DNA of 50,261 bases from Nemertoderma westbladi (taxonomy: Eukaryota > Animalia > Xenacoelomorpha), in NCBI GenBank assembly GCA_032718475.1, contig JAUCBJ010005430.1, forward strand, positions 1 to 50,261. The letters run 5' to 3'. The notes under the pieces were generated by a model, which saw nothing but the letters and a program-made list of their open reading frames with translations, searched no databases and had not been told where the DNA came from. Of the stretch, positions 36,098-47,035 are shown in pieces. The first letter of the stretch is position 1, and each line of letters opens with the position of its first letter. A program made the translations under genes and the position numbers.

Positions 36098-36986
36098 CAT
36101 AGCATTTCAGTTTATTATTATCCATCAGGTAGGCTATGCCTGGCTTAAATATAATATTTCGCCATGTTCGCAGGTGACTTCGCACTGACTACCGGTAGGC
36201 CTATGCAGCTATGCTATGAGATTAACCTTCCAGTCGTTCAGATGCATATGGTACCGGTACCGAAACGGGTTACGGTTTAATCCTGCATTTGTCAATTACA
36301 ACAATACCGGTACGACTTTGAGTACCGCTGTACTGGTACGTGGTAGCCTACCGTTACCAGTTGACCAGTAGGTGTAGGCGGTAGACCTACGGTGCGATGG
36401 TAGCCAGCCGGTAGGTGGTAGGCTTACCGTACCGGTATAAATGTTGGCGGATGGCGGGATGACATCGTGTGGCGCGTAATTACTTACCGGTTGCCGGTAG
36501 ACGCCTACCCAACTCGTAACTGGTGGTCGTGGTCGTGGTGGGATGAGCATGAGGTCGCCTACGATGGGAACAAGTGAAAAGGAAACATAGGCCTACCCGA
36601 ACGAAAACGTACCAGTCAGCCACCAGCCGGTACCCGAATACTGGGTACGTTTCGACAATGATGTATCGGTTACGCGGTAGGCCTACCTACCGTACGTTTT
36701 GGTAGTAGTCTACAAAAATACATAGCAAAAATAAACTGTAACCTGTGCTATTGGCTCTCGTTTATTGTTTTGGTTAGATTAATTAGTCACTGTAACCTGC
36801 TCCTTTCCCTTTAAATCTGCGGAACTAACGATATTGATTGGTTGTACGAACCCGCGCCGGCATAATAAATCTGAAACTGAACTGAGTTAAAAAATTTCCG
36901 CTCGCGTTTACAATTACTACTGGTACCCCATATGCCATACTGGTACCGGCTGACCGGTACTTTCATTTATATAGGCTTATTGCACT

Positions 36987-37891
36987 CAGGGATGTTAAAA
37001 GAACAATTTTTTAAAAACTGAATTGTTCTTTTATTTAAAAGACCATAAAAGAACATAAAAGAACATTTTTCTGTATTTAGTAGTTTCAAGTGTTATCTAG
37101 ATATCATTAAGGTGTCACATAAGAGGTCATGAGTTCATGAGTTTCTATATAATAGATAATGATAGATAATAGATAATGAGCTCATGAGTTTCTCACTCCC
37201 ATCCAACCCTTGTCTAATGGAAGAAAATAAGCCCACGTAGAGTATGGGGCGATGGGACGTTCCTCACTCCCATCCAACCCTTGTCTAATGGAACAAAATA
37301 AGCCCACGTAGAATATGGGGCATTCCTCACTCCCATCCAAATCCAACCCTTGTCTAATGGAACAAAATAAGCCCACGTAGAGTATGGGGCGTTGAAAACG
37401 GTGTTCAGAATCGGCAGTACTGCAGTACCGGTACCGGTACTCGTAAATACATAAAAAAAATACATAAACTAGGCCTATGAAAATTACACTGCTGCTAGGT
37501 GGTAAGTGTTTTATGGGGACCATTGGCAAGCTAGCTGTCACTGACTGACTGACTGGAATAAATTAGCTTTACAGGTACAGGTACCTAAATTTCTTTTAAA
37601 ATGTAGAGATGACTTTCTGAATTTTATCTCTCAACTGCAGACTGCCCTGACTGCTGGACTGTCAGAATGTATGCTGGCTGGCTGGTATGGTTATCTGCCT
37701 GCTTCTGGTTTTACTGGATGGTATTGATGTTTCTCTGAAACTCGTTCATGCCAGGTAAAAATTTCTCACGAATTTTCCAGATTCTTAGTAATTCCATAAT
37801 AAAAGAACAATTCGCTAAAAATATCGAAAAAGTCTTTTATTATAAAAGACCATAAAAGAAAAAGTGAATAAAAGAACACTTAACATCCCTG
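36987..37891. mobile_element. hAT-like MITE
   Basis: TIR CAGGGATGTTAA/TTAACATCCCTG, subterminal aaaagaac repeats, imperfect flank duplication ttgcact; three ~60-70-bp internal tandem repeats at 37190-37392. Confidence 0.75.
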
Positions 37892-38329
37892 AATTTGCAC
37901 TATCTGACTAGGCCTATGTGTATTGTGTAGTGCAGTAGGCCTACCGGTAGTGTTGATCCATTACAGCATTATAGACTACGATCAGTTCAGTGTGCGTTCC
38001 TGTGGATAGCATGCCTGAATTTCAGTAGACCTCAAATAAAATTTTTTAAAACTGAAACTATTATTGTACTGGTATTGTAATATATTCATAAATATTCTTA
38101 AAACCTGAACTGCTGAACTGTTGAAAGCGGCACCTAAATTTACATTGGTCCTGGGCCCCACCAGCCTTGTGTCTGCAGTGCAGTGCAGTTGGCAGGTTGG
38201 CAGTGCAGTGCAGGGTGTGCACAGTTAAAGTTAATAAACAAATTTAAAAATATTCCGGTATCTTCCACATACATTGTGGAAAATACGCCAAGCCAGCGTA
38301 TTTTCACTGACACTGTCAGTAGAGTTCCC

Positions 38330-38400
38330 TATCCCGATCGGGATATATGAATGAATATATCCCGATCGGGATATTTACATATCCCGATCGGGATATATCC
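38330..38400. repeat. Three copies of palindrome tatcccgatcgggata
   Basis: Directly visible. Confidence 0.85.
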
Positions 38401-38440
38401 TATTCAACCTTTTCCAATATTCGCACTAAATAATATAACT

Positions 38441-38897
38441 CCACCTACTGGCTCCAGAAGTCGAGGAAATCCTGCCAAGTACCTAACTGATCTAGACTTT
38501 GCTGATGACTTAGGAGTACTCTCAGAATCATTAGAGGGAGCCCAACGGCTCCTCAGCTCATTAGAACATGCTGCTTCTAGTGTTGGTCTTTTTAGTAACT
38601 CCAGAAAGACCAAAAGTTTTTTTTCTCCGCTTTGCAGGACATTGCTTTCGCCATGAGGACCAGCCAGTGCATAATCTTGTACTTTGGCAGCCTCATGGAG
38701 TGAATAAGCATGGTGGACTGGACAGCCCATGACTTTTTTGAGACGCTTCTTAAAGGACACTGGACTTGAAGATGCGGATGATCTAGCAAATGTCATGGGT
38801 GATAGGGAGTTGTGGCGGTGCAATTTTGTCGATAACCCGACACAGCATTCTTAAAAATGCAGCTGCAATGCAGCAAGTCAATCATAGTAGTAGTAGT
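38441..38897 (+). mobile_element. RTE LINE fragment, internally deleted
   Basis: LTDLDFADD motif joined at ~38620 to the 3' end; (tag)n tail. Confidence 0.85.
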
Positions 38898-38972
38898 GAC
38901 ATTAGTTGACTTTAATGATGTAATATAAGGGTTTTTTCAGAAATGGAAAAAATGAGGAAACACATCACTGGG

Positions 38973-39040
38973 GGTTGAACCAGCGCTATACGTACGTTTC
39001 GGCCTTTCAGGCCTCATCAGTACCGCTAACCAGTTCAGCC
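38973..39040 (-). ncRNA. Type I minimal hammerhead ribozyme
   Basis: Minus strand: AGCGGUA CUGAUGA GGCCU-GAA-AGGCC GAAAC GUAC GUA^UAGCGCU; full conserved core, 5-bp stem II, palindromic stem III, one G-G mismatch in stem I. Confidence 0.8.
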
Positions 39041-39911
39041 ACCCTCTGGCTCCAGACGTCGAGGAAATCCTGCCAAGTACCTAACTGATCTAGACTTTGC
39101 TGATGACTTAGGAGTATTCTCAGAATCACTAGAGGGAGCCCAACGGCTCCTCAGCTCATTAGAACATGCTGCTTCTAGTGTTGGTCTTTTTATTAACTCC
39201 AGAAAGACCAAAATTCTGACAGTTAACTTTGAAAGTCCTCAGCAAGTCTCTGATCGTATGAGCATAAGCTCAAAGGATGGTATGCTTGAGCATGTGGACG
39301 ACTTCTGTTACCTGGGATCATGGATCCGGAAGTCAGGTGAGGACCTTCGAATACGTAAGGGAAAGGCATGGGCAGCCTTGAATAGGCTTTCCAGGATTTG
39401 GAAGTCACCGAAAATTAATCGGAAACTTAAGGTCCGATTATTTAGAGCAGCAGTAGTTCCAGTACTCAACGGGAGTCCATGCTGGGCTCTAACTGCTGAG
39501 GACACCAAATCTCTGGATGGCACATTCACAAGAATGCTACGCTGGGTTCATTGTGTCAAGTACAATGCACACATCTCCAACCAGACACTATATAACATTG
39601 GAGGTGTCTCATTGGTTCCCCCCAAGCTTGACACTAGAACAAAATCGCCTCCGCTTTGCAGGACATTGCTTTCGCCGTGAGGACCAGCCAGTGCATAATC
39701 TTGTACTTTGGCAGCCTCATGGAGTGAATAAGCATGGTGGACAGCCCATGACTTTCTTGAGACGCATCTTAAAGGGCACTGGCCTTAAAGATGCGGATGA
39801 TCTAGCAAATGTCATGGGTGATAGGGAGTTGTGGCGGTGCAATTTTGTTGACAAGCCGGCACAGCATTCTTAAAAATGCAGCTGCAATGCAACATGCTGA
39901 TCCTAGTAGTA
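39039..39911 (+). mobile_element. 5'-truncated RTE-clade LINE
   Basis: FADD, FCYLGSWI, RIRKGKAWAA, RLRFAGHCFR; (tag)n tail. Confidence 0.9.
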
Positions 39912-40401
39912 GAACCTAACCAAAACAATAAACGATTTAGTATCCCCACATGTTATAAGACTGAAAAATCCCCTAAAAAGCACTTAATAAGAATATATTA
40001 AAAAATATATAAATTCTTCATATACAGTATAAAATTCCAATGTAATTTCGACCGAAAAGTGAAAACCTGGTATTCTTCACATGGGCAAAATCAGCGGACG
40101 TAATGAGTGACTTCAACGGATAAGAAAATTTATTCTTGTATTCCAGCCCTACGTCTGTGTCTTTTTACGAGTTGTAGTTGTATCTTACAGCGCAATCCAA
40201 AATTGCGCTGGTGAAGGACAGATGGGTTTCTCAGGTTTCTTTGGCGTTGCTCTAGTGCTAATAAGCATAGCAGGAACTTGGTTTGAAAAGAGTTGGTTCG
40301 AGGTTCGACAGATTCTGGCCACCATGTATGCTTTTACCCTCGACCTAAGAATGCCTAAGAATACCTAAGAAAAAAAAGCACAATACCCACCATAATACTG
40401 T

Positions 40402-40775
40402 AGGTCCCACGTAGTGGTTGCATTGAATTCACATCTCACGGAGGTCGTGGGTTTAATCCCAGCATGGGCCACGGCAGTTTTCCTTTTCGGCACGAATGCT
40501 TTGAAGGGACTAGCCAGGGCGCATCTCTGCCTTGCGTCGTTAAGTCGTAGCTAAATGAATACTGAGTTACCACCATGATGTATGGTTGCATAGTCCCACT
40601 CCACTATGGTGTAGTTAGTGGTTGCATTGAATTCACATCTCACGGAGGTCATAGGTTCAATCGCCACATGGACCAAGGCAGTTTTCGTTTTGGCACAAAT
40701 GCTTTGATGTGAAGGGACTAGCCAGGGCGCATCTCTGTCTTGCATCCCTTTGTGGTAGCTAAATGACTACTTGAG
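40402..40775 (+). mobile_element. Two tandem tRNA-derived SINE-like copies (~40402-40560, ~40592-40775)
   Basis: A-box-like tagtggtt and B-box-like ggttcaatcg/ggtttaatccc; shared body gaagggactagccagggcgcatctctg. Confidence 0.6.
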
Positions 40776-41109
40776 TTTCCTCTAGGGAGTAAAGTTCTGG
40801 GGGGACTGCACTGGAAATATGATTGTGTGTAATCCCTGACCGAAAGTCCAAATAAATTTTACTTGAAATTTTACTATACTTTGGAGTGGCGCGAATTGTC
40901 AGTTGGAGCGGCCGGAATGTTTTGCTGACCTGTCGTGAATTTCGCGAGTGTACAGCGCGAATCAAGCAAGTTAAAAATAAAAATCTTTACTAATTTACCG
41001 TAATTGAATTTTACCTCCACAACTTACCAAGATTTAATTATATATATCATCATTCCTAAATTCTTTCATCAGATTTAATTCAACTGTGCAGTGCATCGAT
41101 CTGTACATC

Positions 41110-41859
41110 ATGAGTGATAACATATCACCACTGGACTCATTGAAAGATTGTGATAAACACTCCCTTGTTAATGTTATGGTTAACATAAACAAAATTGAAC
41201 CGAAAATTACTGGAACTTCCTCAATTGACGGTTCCACAAGAGAGTGGTTACGTATGAAAGTTAAAATAGGTGATCCGACTGGATATATCTGGGCTGCTAT
41301 TTGGGGTGCAAAAATAGAAGAATTCAAGTTTGAAGAGGGAGATAACATAAAGATGTTTTATGTTAAAATTAATCACTATATGCCTAATGTGGAGGTCAAT
41401 TCTGTAGGAAATGCAACTAGGTTTGAGAAATGCACCGAAATAGTGAACGGAAATTTCGATTATAACATTCCTTCACTAAAAGGTTCCTCTTCTACCTCAT
41501 CAACACCATTAAAGTCCCTGGGCCTAGGGACTCCATTAGTTCGAGGTTATTCTGTCGGTGGTGGTGACAATTCAAGCTCAATGAAAGCTGATTCTAAAAT
41601 GATTGATATGGAGGAGACAAATGTGAGTGGAACTAAGCGCATATATTCCGAGATGAAGGATAGGGCGAAAGATATTGTAAGGTTTACTCCAGCAGTGAGA
41701 AGAGCAGCTATGAGGAAAATTAGAAATCTAGTTCATGAATACCAGGACCAAGATGATAATGAATATGAAACCGACGAGGAGCCTTTAGCAAAGATATTGC
41801 GTTACGGCGGAAGATCAGCTGAAGATGTTAAAAAGAACATAGACTTCGATAATAACTAG
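41110..41859 (+). CDS. Intronless single OB-fold (SSB/RPA-like) protein, 249 aa
   Basis: LVNVMVNI...KVKIGDPTGYIWAAIWG..FEEGDNIKMFYVKINHY pattern, Ser/Thr linker, basic patch, acidic tail; ATG at 41110. Confidence 0.7.
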   Translation: MSDNISPLDSLKDCDKHSLVNVMVNINKIEPKITGTSSIDGSTREWLRMKVKIGDPTGYIWAAIWGAKIEEFKFEEGDNIKMFYVKINHYMPNVEVNSVGNATRFEKCTEIVNGNFDYNIPSLKGSSSTSSTPLKSLGLGTPLVRGYSVGGGDNSSSMKADSKMIDMEETNVSGTKRIYSEMKDRAKDIVRFTPAVRRAAMRKIRNLVHEYQDQDDNEYETDEEPLAKILRYGGRSAEDVKKNIDFDNN

Positions 41860-43748
41860 TGAAACAGTTATGCTCATAGTGTTTCTTGTTGAAGATGAAA
41901 ACTCTCAACCTCTGTTATTTGTATTATTTAGTTAACCCACAACACTGGTATATAAATTTGAAGTAGATGTAATACTTTTAGCAACAGTAAGTTAACTCTG
42001 CAACACTAAATACATTGCAAATCTTGGAAAACTGACCGGTCTATAATTATACCTGAAAACTTTAAGAGTTAACAGTTTAAAAGAGATGACTATATACTTC
42101 AAATTATGTACTGTTGAATACGCGTTAGTAAATGTTCCGCAGTGGTCTCTAAATGTACTGTATACAGTACTAGAGATAAACTGTACCGGTATTTACAAAG
42201 GTGAATATCTTAGTCTATTATTGTGTGAACTAAGAACGAAAACAATCACAAAACCAATAACAATTTTTATTTATATTTTTTTATATTTAGTAAACATACA
42301 ATCAAAGATTATCATCTGTTGTTTTCCTTGCAATTCTACTTTTAAAAAATTATTCTCTTTATATGACCAAAATATATGACCTGGATTTTATGACCAAAAG
42401 GCTCTTTTTAAACTGCAATTTTTGAATCCTTTTTGGGATTAATGGCACAATTTTCAATTAATCAAAATCCGTATGTAACTTTTGTTAAGGACCCTATTTT
42501 CAACCTACGCTGTCAATCCGACAAAAAATTGTGGAGTTTAAACATTTTTCGTAAAAAAAAGTAGATTTTGAGAAAATCTAAGTAAAAGTTTTTGGTACAT
42601 GTAATGAACGTACACAGTTTGTTTTTAACATTTATGGTCCTGGGGTGCATCTAAGGATCCCTTGATGGTATTTGGTTATCTTGTTACGTATTTTCATGGT
42701 TTACCTAATATCTATCGAAAGCAAATTGCTCAAAATGGATCAGGGCCATTAAGGACTAAAAGGCTCCTAAAGGCCCTCATTTGGGCATTTATTGATTAAA
42801 TAGCCCTAATTTCGCCTTTATTGGATGTTTATAAATTAATATTATATGCTGTATGAAAGAATATATAAATTATTCTTGAAATTTTGAATTGTGTAAATTG
42901 TCAACTACAACCTTATGTAGGAACCCTATTTTAATTTCCAAAATAGGCATTCGTGTAGCAAGGTCATTGATTTCCAAATATAGATAACCTTAACGTAACC
43001 GCACTTATCGTGCTGCGCGAAGGACTGAACCCTGCTAAATATTACCAAAATCAAAATATAGTATCAAAATTAGCTTATGAATATTAATTCAATCACATTT
43101 AGGTAATAATTTCCTTTGTAATCTATATTTGGCTCTCAGCCACTTTCTCCGTTTCTGACGTGCTGCGTGAAGGCCTGTCAAGAAAATCGACTCTTCCTCA
43201 CATTTTTACCGATAACTCGAGTTTGTGAAAAGATACAACAAAACGGTTTGCAGATTTGAAATCTGCATTAAATTGTGCACAAAATACAACCAGAAAAAAA
43301 TTGAAATTTTTTCGCAAAGTGGGATTGGTTTACCCGCCCCCCTTAATTGGATATACAGTCCGGGTCTCAAAGCACATCTGTTCTTTGAGATTTTCACAAA
43401 GTGGTCTAAAAGTCATTACATTACTCTCAATGGGCACTTGTAGTTCATGTAGAAACTTTTAGTAGGGATTCACCAAGTGATTTTCCGCTTGAATGCACTT
43501 TGCGATACTTTGAGCTCTTTGAGAAAACCACTTCGAGAAAATAAACATTGAGGACATGCTGATTGACAGCTCACTTTGAGATACTTTTAGCTCTTGGTGA
43601 AAATCTCAAAGAACAGATGCGCTTTGAGTCCTGGACTGTAAATACTGCCCAACACCAGGGACGAGGATACCGTCAAAATATGCACAAACAAAATCATATT
43701 TACGTATCATAGCATTTCTAAAAAAAATAACAATATATAAAGTAAAAA

Positions 43749-43982
43749 GGCGGAGTAGCTCAGTTGATGGAGCGCCCGGCTTGCAATCTATTGGTTGTAA
43801 GTTCGATCCCTGCCAGGGTTCACTCAGCTTTTCATCCACTGGGGTCGATAAAATGAGGACCAGTTGAATTACTGGGAGCAAAACTTGGGATAGGAGTAGC
43901 GCCCACCCCTACCTTTGGGTAGAAGCTATCAAAAGAGGTGCCTTCGGGGTGCCTCCGGCTTTGGCCGACTGTTTGCATTTTT
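43749..43982 (+). mobile_element. tRNA(Ala)-derived SINE with Meta-like core
   Basis: A box tagctcagttgatgg, TGC loop, B box gttcgatccc, core actcagcttttcatcc..ggggtcgataaaatgag. Confidence 0.75.
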
Positions 43983-44077
43983 TAAAGTAAATCCATAAAA
44001 TATGACGAACCAATAACCGTAGCATAGCGGCCTAATAGTGTGATCTGTGATATACTGTAGTACTGTACAGTATTTTA

Positions 44078-44385
44078 TTGACATACTGTGTTGGTGTGTC
44101 TGTCTGTCCAGAGAGAAATATCTCCGTTATTTATCAATCAATAGAAACGAAATTTGGACAAGTATTAGATATACTGTATGTATAGTAGGCATGGCGACTG
44201 CTCATACAGACAATTGTGAATTGGGTGTCGAGATCGAATTTGTGCAATGTGAGTGTGGTAATAAGTACTGTACGGTAATAAAGTACTACTTTATAAAGGT
44301 AACAGGTCACAACACAATCTGACAGTATTATTATACTGATAAAGTAGGAGGACCGTGAACCCTCCAGGCTTGCCAGCTTGTATCT
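44078..44385 (+). mobile_element. HINE-like element with 3' subTIR and hairpin
   Basis: Core similar to 30490-30620; ggaccgtgaacc (44350-44361) is the reverse complement of 30421-30432, followed by hairpin caggct-tgcc-agcttg. Confidence 0.55.
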
Positions 44386-44584
44386 ATAATACTGATCATT
44401 CATACCGGTAGGTCCCATACCATACTACACTACTTTCCTTCTCAACAAAATAATCCCTCAATCAATCTAATACATACATATACTCAAATTTCTAGCAACG
44501 GAAAATAGTCAAACAACATTATGAATCCATGAGAGTTTACATTTATACCATACATGACTCGGTGAAATGAGTATATACTATAGT

Positions 44585-45690
44585 CTAGGAGTATGTTCTA
44601 GGCGAACCCATAGTACTGCGGGGGCATATGGATATGAGTTGGATATGATCGTACATTGTTGCTGAGGTGAGTGAGACCTGTGGCAGATTATCACCGCCGC
44701 CTCTGATTATTGGAGCCCTGGATTCGACAACTGGGTGGTGAGTGTCAACAGGAGGGGTCCCAGATCCAGTTGAGTGGGTACCGTGGAATGTGCCCACAGG
44801 TTCATCATATAATTGCGCCTGTTGTGGGTCTACAGGTTGGACCATCCGACGGATTCTACTAATGGTGGCACGGTGTGGACCTACAAGGAGAACTTTATCA
44901 CCCATTATGTCTTTAACATGATGACCCGAGTATGTGTAGCCACACTGATAAAAGTTCTTCACCATAACAGGTTGATTAATTTCCAGGGATGGGAGAGCTC
45001 AAGCATTATATGCCTGGAGTTGAAATCTTCTGTAATCTTCTCACGTCGTGACATATATTCACTACATGGCTGAAGTGGTGGCAGTGGCAATTGTGGCAAT
45101 CGACCTTGGAGGTGCTGGCCAATATAACTGTAGATAACTCTAGCAGTTTTGTGTTACGTAGTGTGAAGAGTACTGTAGAGAGACGTGATGAGAATGAAGA
45201 TTTGGATGATGACCTTGTAGCTAACATCATTTTCTTAATTACCCTATGGATTCTCTCCACCATACCATTAGACTGAGGATAGCGAGCAGATATTTCTACT
45301 AAGTTACACCCAATTGTGGTTAGGCATTTCTTAAATTCATGGGATCGAAATTCTTCAGCATTGTCTGAGACTAATGAACGTGGTAGAATGGCAAAGATTT
45401 CATCTAGCTTCATAATTACTGTTGTGGTTTTGGAATTGTGGACATGCCGGGGGTACTGGGTACTTCGCCATCGCCATAGGGATGTACTGGTAAGTTATGT
45501 CCAGATATAGTGTTGTACCGATACACAGTCAGTTTGTGAGTACCGGTAGGTCTTGGGTTTGACATTTGGCATGCTGTAATGACTGAATACCGGTAACATC
45601 TGTAATACCCTGCCTGCTGTTCTGCCATAAATTTGACCTTTTTTGGCCTACTACATCTACCACTACAAGCAGATAACTCTGTAGCGGTTT
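44585..45690 (-). pseudogene. Degenerate Gypsy integrase fragment
   Basis: LVSDNAEEF..YPQSNGMVERIHRVIKK; broken into several frames. Confidence 0.75.
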
Positions 45691-45730
45691 GATAGATTAC
45701 AATAGACCAACTTTCAACCCCATCCCACAC

Positions 45731-46648
45731 ATGGCGCCCAAACGTAGTGGGAATCAGAATCCGGACTCGTCCGAAAAAATTGACAAACTCGAGGACTGGA
45801 TAAAGACCTTGGTACTGGAAGTCAGAACCATGGATGGAAATGTAAAAAACTTGGAAAAGTCCATAAAAGCTATTCCGGATCTACAGGAAGCAATAAGCGG
45901 CTTAATAAGCGATAACAAAGCTCTAAGGAAAGAAAACAAACGGTTGATAGACGCCAATGATAAATTGGACCAATACATGAAACGACACAACGTTCTTCTC
46001 CATGGAATTAACGAGGGATCCGTCGAGGATACCAACCGTATAGTTTACGAGCTGCTAGAGAAACTAGGAATCCCACGAAACGAGGTTGACCTATTCCATC
46101 GACTAGGGCCACCTAAGAACGACCGCACCAAATGTCGACCAATAATTATACGCTTTATTGGGCACTCTACTCGTCACATCGCCTTCCGAAACCGCAAACA
46201 ACTTCCGGAAGGTGTTTACTTATCTGATCATCTTACCTTGTTAAGGGCAACTCTCCTGCGCGATGCTCTTAAGCTAAAGACTAACAAGAAAGTTGCAGCG
46301 GCATATTCAACCAACGGTTCTGTTTACGTTCGTATGTCAGCAGACCGGAACGATATTCCGATATTAATCTCATCGCAGGAAGACATTGCTTACCTTCAGC
46401 AATCTCGTGACATTCCCAAGTCTAACCAAACAAGGCATAATGGGAACCAGTCCACTAATCGCCTCCCTCGCGGCCGTCCTTCTGGTCGTCCTATTAATCA
46501 GCAACCGCCTGTATCCCCAACGCGATCGCAGGAAGGCGATGACGTGATCTATCGTGCAACAGTCGACAGTAATCATTCCGGCTCCCCAACGTGCTCACGC
46601 TCAGTCGACCTCACTGGTGACGGCAACTATTGCACAACTAATCGTTAA
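45731..46648 (+). CDS. LINE ORF1 (coiled coil plus RRM-type)
   Basis: LDQYMKRHNVLLHGINE, FHRLG, RPIIIRF, VYLSDHLT; ATG at 45731. Confidence 0.9.
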   Translation: MAPKRSGNQNPDSSEKIDKLEDWIKTLVLEVRTMDGNVKNLEKSIKAIPDLQEAISGLISDNKALRKENKRLIDANDKLDQYMKRHNVLLHGINEGSVEDTNRIVYELLEKLGIPRNEVDLFHRLGPPKNDRTKCRPIIIRFIGHSTRHIAFRNRKQLPEGVYLSDHLTLLRATLLRDALKLKTNKKVAAAYSTNGSVYVRMSADRNDIPILISSQEDIAYLQQSRDIPKSNQTRHNGNQSTNRLPRGRPSGRPINQQPPVSPTRSQEGDDVIYRATVDSNHSGSPTCSRSVDLTGDGNYCTTNR

Positions 46649-47035
46649 CTCTCGGAATTCCCTATAACTTGTGATTGTAAGTAACATTTAAGTCCTCCAG
46701 ACTATCTAGATCAAACTAAACGGGTCAGGTCTGTCATTCGACATTATTTCTTAATGGTAAACAGATATATATATAAATATGTAGTAACAATTTCTGCTGG
46801 TGTTGGGTGTATTGGAATATATATATGTAATATTCATTTTCTTTCTTCACATTATTAACATTTCCTTTAATTATTTCACCCATCTCACATTGTAGGCATA
46901 CTAACCAACCTTATTACTTTGGCGAACTCCAGGCTAAGAAAATGCAGATAGTAAGGTTAACAGTCAATAGTCATTTATCATCGTAACCCTCGTCTGTTTC
47001 ATTTCATTAACCCCACCCCCCCCCCCCCACCATCC

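Noticed and set aside
40020-40330. Possible GPCR exon 3 or divergent gene
   Set aside because: No transmembrane-like or recognisable translation in the frames I read.
40402-40680. tRNA-Val genes
   Set aside because: Degenerate cloverleaf and a shared downstream body indicate SINE copies.
43749-43822. Functional tRNA-Ala gene
   Set aside because: Acceptor and anticodon stems pair poorly and the sequence continues into a SINE core.
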